From: Promethearchaeota archaeon | GTDB lineage: Archaea > Asgardarchaeota > Lokiarchaeia > Sigyniarchaeales > SOKP01 | NCBI GenBank assembly: GCA_048938025.1 | Contig: JBHLMP010000005.1 | Coordinates: forward strand, 1-64,000 | Direction: 5' to 3' | DNA length: 64,000 nt | In this document: one piece after another, positions 57,787 to 64,000 of the stretch | Numbering within the stretch: the first letter of the stretch is position 1 | Layout of the letters: every line of letters begins with the position of its first letter | The notes under the pieces: model-generated | Told to the model about the DNA's origin: nothing | Databases searched by the model: none | The model's input: the letters and a program-made list of their open reading frames with translations, nothing else | Translations under genes and position numbers: made by a program

Positions 57787-58722
57787 TTAGTTATCTTTAA
57801 AAAACACACTTAAATTTCGCGGGAATACTTCGAGATATTCTACTAAGTCATAATCTTTCAATTTTTTGACTGTATCTTCTGGAAGTTGTCCAATATTTTT
57901 TCTATCTAATAATAGTTTCGTTTCTCTTTCCGAAAATTCAGGACCTTGTTCAATCCAATTAAAAACTTTTTTATTTGCAGGGCAAACTCTTTGACAGTGA
58001 AGACATCCAACAAGACAGTTATGCCAAGAAGAATCCAACCATTCTGGGAAGGGTATATCTCCTCCATGCTCATTATGATAAGTGATACACCGTTCACCAT
58101 GTAATAAAAAACGATCAGATGCTATTGCTCCAGTAGGGCAATTTTGTCTACAAGCTGAGCAATTTTCACAAAGATCCATCATTTGTAAATCATGCCACTT
58201 ATCTTTCTTTATAGGAAAATCAGAGAAGAATCCTGCCAGACGATAAAAACTACCCATCTTTGGTATGTAACTAATGTTATTTTTCCCAAATTTCGCTAAT
58301 CCACTACGTACTGCTAAAGTTTTGAAAGGTATCCGTGCGTATACTACCTTATATCCTTCTGGTTTTAAAATATTTGTTAGGGTCTCCTCAACCTCATCAA
58401 TTACTTTTTGACCATACAAATACGTAGGGGGTATAAGTAAAGAGAGACTGTCATTCTGCCAATGGAAAATTGCTTTAAAACTAGGCTGTGGAACCGCAAC
58501 AATAAAGATTGATTTCATTTCAGTTAAATCTAATTCCGATTCGTAATCAAAATAGGAAAAACACTCTTCGTAAAAATCGGGGTCAAAAAGTCCTTGTTCA
58601 TGATGCTTTTCAATATCATTCCATAAATCGAATAAATGGCTAGCAGAAATAATTTTTGCTTTATATCTTTTTAACTCAAATTCTGAATATATTTTTTTTT
58701 CAAGTTTATCTCTATCAATCAT
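57787..58722 (-). CDS. QueG-like (epoxyqueuosine reductase family) double 4Fe-4S protein
   Basis: K.LA..SGL...GKN, GSF, CENCSACRQNCPTGAI, RCIT, GCLHCQRVCP. Confidence 0.75.
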   Translation of the reverse strand: MIDRDKLEKKIYSEFELKRYKAKIISASHLFDLWNDIEKHHEQGLFDPDFYEECFSYFDYESELDLTEMKSIFIVAVPQPSFKAIFHWQNDSLSLLIPPTYLYGQKVIDEVEETLTNILKPEGYKVVYARIPFKTLAVRSGLAKFGKNNISYIPKMGSFYRLAGFFSDFPIKKDKWHDLQMMDLCENCSACRQNCPTGAIASDRFLLHGERCITYHNEHGGDIPFPEWLDSSWHNCLVGCLHCQRVCPANKKVFNWIEQGPEFSERETKLLLDRKNIGQLPEDTVKKLKDYDLVEYLEVFPRNLSVFFKDN

Positions 58723-58976
58723 TTCTTAACATCTTAGTGAATGTATCTTAATTAAGGTAATTAACTATTAAAAAATCTTTTCTTTTGTTTTATTTAATAA
58801 ATTAATAAAATCCATAATCATCTTTATATATCCTATGTTAAATGAAGAATTTAGAAAGAAATACATAGATACAATTCCTTCTAATACTATATTACCATTT
58901 AAAATGTAATTTTAAAATTGAAATTCCTAATTATCTAAATTTATTAAAGAAAGAATTTTTTTGATTAATTTCAAAA

Positions 58977-60146
58977 TTAATCATCGTGTTTTAGCGCAAT
59001 TGCAGAATCTGGTGCGACTTCTTTTTGGAGCATTTTAAATGCGTTGTTCGAAGTTGAGAAGGTTTTTGCATTATAATTTTTAACCAAATCAATGAGTTCT
59101 TCATCAAAGATTCGCACATATACCTCAATGTGGGGATAGCGTAAGTTAAGCTTAGATGTTAGATAAAGTAATTCATCGAATTCGGACTCACGTTTCCAAC
59201 AAATAAATACTTGAGTAACTTCTTCTAAATTCACATGAGCACGTAAATCACTTAAAAAACACGCAAACTCGTTTATGATATGTAATTGTTCATTAATTAC
59301 AAACCCGATCCCATCATGCACATCATCAAAAAGAAAAACTTCACGTCCTGGCTGTTGAGAAACATGATAAGCAATTCGATGAGTTAAGCTGTCACGTCCA
59401 ATTACAATGACATTTCCCGTTTTAGCTTCAGTCCATCTTAGAATGCCCTCCATCGCCCATTTTGATGTGGAAAATGGGAATGCATTTAATGGGGGTTGTC
59501 TAAGATATTCCTGTACATGATCTTCAAATGCACGAACATAGATTTGACATTTTGGATTCACCTTACGGATCTTTTCTGTACAGATTATTGCAACTCTAAC
59601 GTCATCACTAATAATAAAAACTTCTTTAGCCCATTTTATATTTGCAAAATTAAGGTTAGTTGTCTCGGTTGCATCACCAACAACTATTGGATAACCTGCG
59701 TTGATTAAATCTTCTACTAATTCTTCATTATCCTCAATAAGACAGAATTGTTCGTTATTTTCAACACAATATTCTATAATCCTTTCAGAAAGATGATGAT
59801 GCCCGATAATTACTGTATGATTCCTTTTATGGCTAGCGAGAATTCTACTCGTAATAATAGGATTAAATTTTTCTAATAATTCTCCTATGATAAACCCAAA
59901 GACAATTACTTCTAATAAAATAGGCCACAATAAAGAATAAAGATTAGTAAAATCTCTAGCAGGCTCTGGACGTCGTACAGTCCATGAAAACAAAAATATT
60001 TCCCATAAATTGTAATCGGGTTCTATAATAAGAAAAGTAAGAAAACCACCAAACCAAAATAAAAAGAGAAATAGAAATGCTAATTTGTATTGCTTAAGTT
60101 TAAGATGAATTTCAATAAAAAAATTCAGGATATTCATACCATACAA
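58977..60146 (-). CDS. membrane protein with tandem TrkA-N/RCK domains (channel-like)
   Basis: Two TMs, NHTVIIG, VVGDAT, second RCK NVIVIG. Confidence 0.75.
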   Translation of the reverse strand: MYGMNILNFFIEIHLKLKQYKLAFLFLFLFWFGGFLTFLIIEPDYNLWEIFLFSWTVRRPEPARDFTNLYSLLWPILLEVIVFGFIIGELLEKFNPIITSRILASHKRNHTVIIGHHHLSERIIEYCVENNEQFCLIEDNEELVEDLINAGYPIVVGDATETTNLNFANIKWAKEVFIISDDVRVAIICTEKIRKVNPKCQIYVRAFEDHVQEYLRQPPLNAFPFSTSKWAMEGILRWTEAKTGNVIVIGRDSLTHRIAYHVSQQPGREVFLFDDVHDGIGFVINEQLHIINEFACFLSDLRAHVNLEEVTQVFICWKRESEFDELLYLTSKLNLRYPHIEVYVRIFDEELIDLVKNYNAKTFSTSNNAFKMLQKEVAPDSAIALKHDD

Positions 60147-60309
60147 TAAAACACTCCAATATAAAAAAAATTTGATCTAATGAGGATAATTCTAACGTTT
60201 CTTTTAAAAAAATTTTTAATGTATAGTTGTCAATTTTTAAATTAATCAAAAAATTCAATTTAATTTTATAGAATTCTATAGGTAAAATTTTAATTATTAG
60301 GGTAAGTCA

Positions 60310-61545
60310 ATGGCAATTGTAATGATTTGGGATCCCTTAGAGCGTCTCCTTTGGGGAATTGGTATCGCATTTGCACTAATGTGTGGAGTATATTTTATAT
60401 ATAAAGGGAGAAAGAGAGAAATTTTTAATGAAAGAATTATTATGTTTGGACTAGCAAGTCTACCCTTCAGTTTCGCATTTGGTTTACTTTTTACTTTTCT
60501 TCAGGTTTTTCAAGTTCAAGGGACTTTTGTTAATAATATTTTTTACGGCGATTATGATAATTATATATCACTTTATGAGCATCTTGGTAGAGCAAGTTAT
60601 ATTTCAATCGGAATTGGGGGTATATTCTTCATATTAGCCTTTGATATAGTAGTAAAACGTACGAAATATCTTCTTACAATAGCATTCATAATATTAACAG
60701 GAATAGAAATTTCTTCTCCGACCATATCAATGGCGAAAATTGTGTTTAATTTACCTATATTACTTGGATTATTAATATTAGTCCCACTTGTATTATATCT
60801 TTATACAAGATGGTCTCATCTAGAGTTTAAGGCCGTTTCTTCATTTCTATTGTTCGGTTTCTTATTATTCATAATGTCATTAAATCTCGCAAAAAGTGTC
60901 CATAAGGAGTTAAATGCATACCCATTAATTTTGGGTCCACTTTTTTTAATTTTAGGTTGTTGTATCACCATACTTCCAACAATTATTAACCCTAAAGTAG
61001 TTTCTCGAGCTTTAATTTATTGGGTAGGATATGCAATTATAACTTTTCCCTTATTCATAGTTATAATATATGTTGATATTGTCAAAGGCTTAAATCCTAT
61101 CTTTGTCGTTGAATTTTTTATAGCATTTGTATATATATACACATTGTTTTTTCTCGTTATAAGGGATATACGATCTGAAATAATAATTTCAGTAAAGCAT
61201 GAAGAAGATAAAGAAATACAATCCGATATTTTAGGAATATTCACCAGACCACTAGAAGTTACTGAAGAAGATGTAATATTTCATAGGGAACAAAAAATTT
61301 GCTTGGTATGTAAGGGAAAAACATTAAGAACGATATATCTTTGTCCAGAGTGTGATGCGCTCTATTGTAATAAATGTTCAACTGCACTAAGTAATTTAGA
61401 AAATGCGTGCTGGGCATGTAATACCCCATTTGACCCATTAAAACCCGTGAAACCATACAAGGGAGTAGAAGAAGCACTAATGAAAAAAGGATCGAAAAAA
61501 TCCCCGAAAAAGCATAAGATTCGTGATATTCCTCCTATGACATAA
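60310..61545 (+). CDS. multi-TM protein with C-terminal zinc-finger cluster
   Basis: About 9 TM; CLVC, CPEC, C..C, CWAC. Confidence 0.75.
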   Translation: MAIVMIWDPLERLLWGIGIAFALMCGVYFIYKGRKREIFNERIIMFGLASLPFSFAFGLLFTFLQVFQVQGTFVNNIFYGDYDNYISLYEHLGRASYISIGIGGIFFILAFDIVVKRTKYLLTIAFIILTGIEISSPTISMAKIVFNLPILLGLLILVPLVLYLYTRWSHLEFKAVSSFLLFGFLLFIMSLNLAKSVHKELNAYPLILGPLFLILGCCITILPTIINPKVVSRALIYWVGYAIITFPLFIVIIYVDIVKGLNPIFVVEFFIAFVYIYTLFFLVIRDIRSEIIISVKHEEDKEIQSDILGIFTRPLEVTEEDVIFHREQKICLVCKGKTLRTIYLCPECDALYCNKCSTALSNLENACWACNTPFDPLKPVKPYKGVEEALMKKGSKKSPKKHKIRDIPPMT

Positions 61546-61615
61546 ATCGGATTTTTCGAAATTTTTATCCAATAATATTTATATTTTAGTACAAACTAAG
61601 TACAATAGGAACATG

Positions 61616-61629
61616 CGACAATATTGTCG
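61616..61629. promoter_or_regulatory. perfect 14-bp palindrome CGACAATATTGTCG
   Basis: About 24 nt upstream of ORF 61653. Confidence 0.35.
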
Positions 61630-61652
61630 AATGCGAAGAAAGAATATATATT

Positions 61653-62084
61653 ATGTATAGTAATATAGATGATCCTGAATCCGATTATGAGACTATAATC
61701 GATAAATTATCAAAGCAAATCACAAAATTATACAATCAAATTCAATATTATCAAGTACTTGTTACTCAACAAGAGAATCAAATAACAAAATTACTAAATG
61801 AGAACAATCAATTAAAAGCCCAAATTCAAAATATATCACTCCAACCAACAGCACCATCTTACCCAAGCCAGCAATCTTACACCCCTTCAGTGCCTAAACA
61901 ACAAACAACCTCTACTTCTCCTTCCGGTATAGTTACTAGCACGCTGAAAAGGGTATGTCCTAACTGTGGTGCGTCGGGGTTTGCTATTAGAGAAGAGGAT
62001 GATAAATCTAAGATTATTAGCTATATCCCAAGACGCATCTATGCAAAAAAGAGAGTATGTACTAAGTGTAGGTTTGAATTTTAA
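61653..62084 (+). CDS. coiled-coil, Pro/Ser/Thr linker and C-terminal zinc ribbon protein
   Basis: Heptad Q/L/I region; CPNC...CTKC. Confidence 0.75.
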   Translation: MYSNIDDPESDYETIIDKLSKQITKLYNQIQYYQVLVTQQENQITKLLNENNQLKAQIQNISLQPTAPSYPSQQSYTPSVPKQQTTSTSPSGIVTSTLKRVCPNCGASGFAIREEDDKSKIISYIPRRIYAKKRVCTKCRFEF

Positions 62085-62107
62085 TTCAGATTCATAATTG
62101 ACTCATT

Positions 62108-62905
62108 TTAATTATCTTTAAGAAATTTAATTATTTCATCGATAAACTTTCTAGGTTCTTCCATAAATATCATATGTGCAACATTCTCAAAATAAATGAG
62201 TTTTGCACCAATTATTTTTTCTGCAAGTAATTCAGCATTTCCAGGGGGGAGAAGAATATCTTCCTTACCATGTAATATTAATGTGGGCACTTTAATGTTT
62301 TTCAATCGCCTATAGGAATTAAATCCAGTACTTATTTGCCGCATAAAAACTTCTGGTTCTGTTGGAATTGTGAGGATATCCTCTATTTTCTTCTTTATAT
62401 ATTCAGAATTATTCTTTATGAAATCTTCTGAGAACATATGTGACATCCCTTCTTCAATCACTTTTCTTGTATGCTCTCGTCGAGACAATTTCATTAAAAA
62501 ACGCATCGTTTTAGGATTTATTAGAGGTGCTTTTGATCCACCAAAACCTGAAGAACAAAGAATAAGCTTTTCAACTCGTTCAGGATAATTAAGAACTAAC
62601 TCTTGAGCGATAAATCCGCCCATAGAATGACCAAAAATATGTGCTTTATTGATATCTAAAGCATCCATTAATCCATCTGTATCATCAGCCATCATTTTAC
62701 AGGTAAATTCACCCTCCGTTCTGTCACTCCGCCCAACGTCTCTATTATCAAATATAATTATTTTAAAACTCTTTGAAAGTTCTTCTATAAGCGGAGGATC
62801 CACCCAGTAAATATTTTCAGACAAACCTAGAATCATTAAAAGTGGAAAACCGTTACCATGGATTTCGTAATATAAATTAAAACCATTAACTTTAGCTTTT
62901 GGCAT
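62108..62905 (-). CDS. alpha/beta hydrolase
   Basis: DNR..G.S, GHSMGG nucleophile, HG..D, AH. Confidence 0.9.
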   Translation of the reverse strand: MPKAKVNGFNLYYEIHGNGFPLLMILGLSENIYWVDPPLIEELSKSFKIIIFDNRDVGRSDRTEGEFTCKMMADDTDGLMDALDINKAHIFGHSMGGFIAQELVLNYPERVEKLILCSSGFGGSKAPLINPKTMRFLMKLSRREHTRKVIEEGMSHMFSEDFIKNNSEYIKKKIEDILTIPTEPEVFMRQISTGFNSYRRLKNIKVPTLILHGKEDILLPPGNAELLAEKIIGAKLIYFENVAHMIFMEEPRKFIDEIIKFLKDN

Positions 62906-63074
62906 ATCATATCAATTTTAATCCTTAACTCTATTTTAAATAAATTAATGTAATATATAATTCTTATTCATAGAATTTTTTTACTAATGGATTTAAAATT
63001 TCTCTTGTGGCATTAACATCAAGGAGTTAATTAAATCGTCTTGAATCAATAGAAAAAAGATAAAAAGCATGTCT

Positions 63075-63998
63075 TTAAGGATTAAATTCTTGGGTTCTAA
63101 CTCCAAGTTCTTCTAATAATGGTATTAGGAACTCCTTATAAAACTCTCTTATAGGTAGCACGTTCCCTAAATATAAATGCAAAAACTCTTGAATTTCATA
63201 ATTAATTTTATTTATGTCAATAAAGGAATATTCAGGTTCAATCTCAATCTTATTCAAATTTAGAGGTTTTAATTGTTTCATTACCAAATAATGCATAAAT
63301 TGAATAAATGTTCTTTCCACTAAATTCTCCTCTTCCTCATTTAGTTCATAAACTTCATGAGCTATTTTATTCCTTAATTCTCCTACTTTTTTAATTAATA
63401 ATTCCAGACTTTTAGGTAAATTTAATTCCTCTATTTTCTGTACCACTGTTTTATTATTATAATCATTAACTTGGGAGTCTAAATAGTCTAATAAAATTGA
63501 ATAAAAGTGTATTAAGAATTTGAATGAGTCAATAGATTTATCCCCTTTCCATGTACTATAGGAACTTCCCCATTGGGCAAAATTCACTTCATCTAAAGCA
63601 TTTTTAATATCTTTTTTAATATTATCAACTTTTTCTATAAAATAATCTGAAAAATCCATATAGGGTTTCTCACGGCGGTCAAACTTATATTTATATGATT
63701 TCCCAAATTCCTTAAATGACCCCCATTTTTTTATTCGAGATGGTTCTTCTACTATTTCTTTTCTACCAATTTCTGCTGCAAATTTTATCAGATATCCACA
63801 TTGAGGACAATATGTTACAAATGAACCCTGGATAGAAGTAAATGGCTTAACTTCAAGTTGATGTGAGCCCTTTGGAAATTCAACAACCTCTCCTTTGGAT
63901 TCTATATGATCAAAACTCGTTTTTTCAAAATGAAATGATTCTGGAATAAACTTAGAATTACATACAGGACATTTGACTTTTTCTTTTTTTAGTGTCAT
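63075..63998 (-). CDS. zinc-ribbon protein with HEPN-like RxxxxH motif
   Basis: CPVC...CPQC; LRNKIAH in a helical C-terminal half; start sits at the window edge. Confidence 0.6.
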   Translation of the reverse strand: MTLKKEKVKCPVCNSKFIPESFHFEKTSFDHIESKGEVVEFPKGSHQLEVKPFTSIQGSFVTYCPQCGYLIKFAAEIGRKEIVEEPSRIKKWGSFKEFGKSYKYKFDRREKPYMDFSDYFIEKVDNIKKDIKNALDEVNFAQWGSSYSTWKGDKSIDSFKFLIHFYSILLDYLDSQVNDYNNKTVVQKIEELNLPKSLELLIKKVGELRNKIAHEVYELNEEEENLVERTFIQFMHYLVMKQLKPLNLNKIEIEPEYSFIDINKINYEIQEFLHLYLGNVLPIREFYKEFLIPLLEELGVRTQEFNP

Positions 63999-64000
63999 AT

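Noticed and set aside
3438-62588. Many short antisense or nested ORFs in the track (e.g. 3807-4187, 21381-21740, 22287-22628, 35324-35764)
   Set aside because: Shadows of well-supported genes; no recognisable motifs
1-64000. tRNA, rRNA, IS elements, prophage
   Set aside because: No GC-rich structured RNA segment, transposase, integrase or phage gene recognised by eye; tRNAscan-SE/Infernal would be needed to exclude small RNAs

Overview
AT-rich, gene-dense archaeal chromosomal DNA, most likely from a Lokiarchaeia (Asgard) genome. This is inferred from a longin-roadblock protein, multi-TM zinc-finger proteins, GGTGA ribosome-binding sites and TATA-like promoters. About 60 CDS; I found no rRNA, tRNA, CRISPR array or transposase. 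Main blocks: tandem amidohydrolases; a TPR protein; a thioredoxin/HTH redox module; a metal-transport cluster (CDF, UPF0016, FTR1, Ca/Na antiporter) with a DtxR/MntR-like box; fatty-acid/redox enzymes; an AOR; a MarR operon with tandem palindromic operators; several metallo-beta-lactamase-fold hydrolases; and SH3, SET, NOL-like SDR and HEPN-motif proteins. Two signals stand out. (1) A 28.8-37.4 kb sulfur-relay/cysteine cluster: DsrE-F-H, a second DsrE, a Cys-tailed Lrp, an orphan SsuA/THI5-like protein, SAMP/MoaD, Zn-finger-CysE, CysK, TusA and MoeB. Five copies of a 13-bp TGCAA-N3-TTGCA-type palindrome, resembling the Ss-LrpB box, lie in its intergenic regions and suggest a regulon. (2) At least six genes appear to start at non-canonical codons (ATA/ATT/ATC/ACG) just downstream of an SD-like motif. 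All product calls come from motif recognition by eye; no database search was run.
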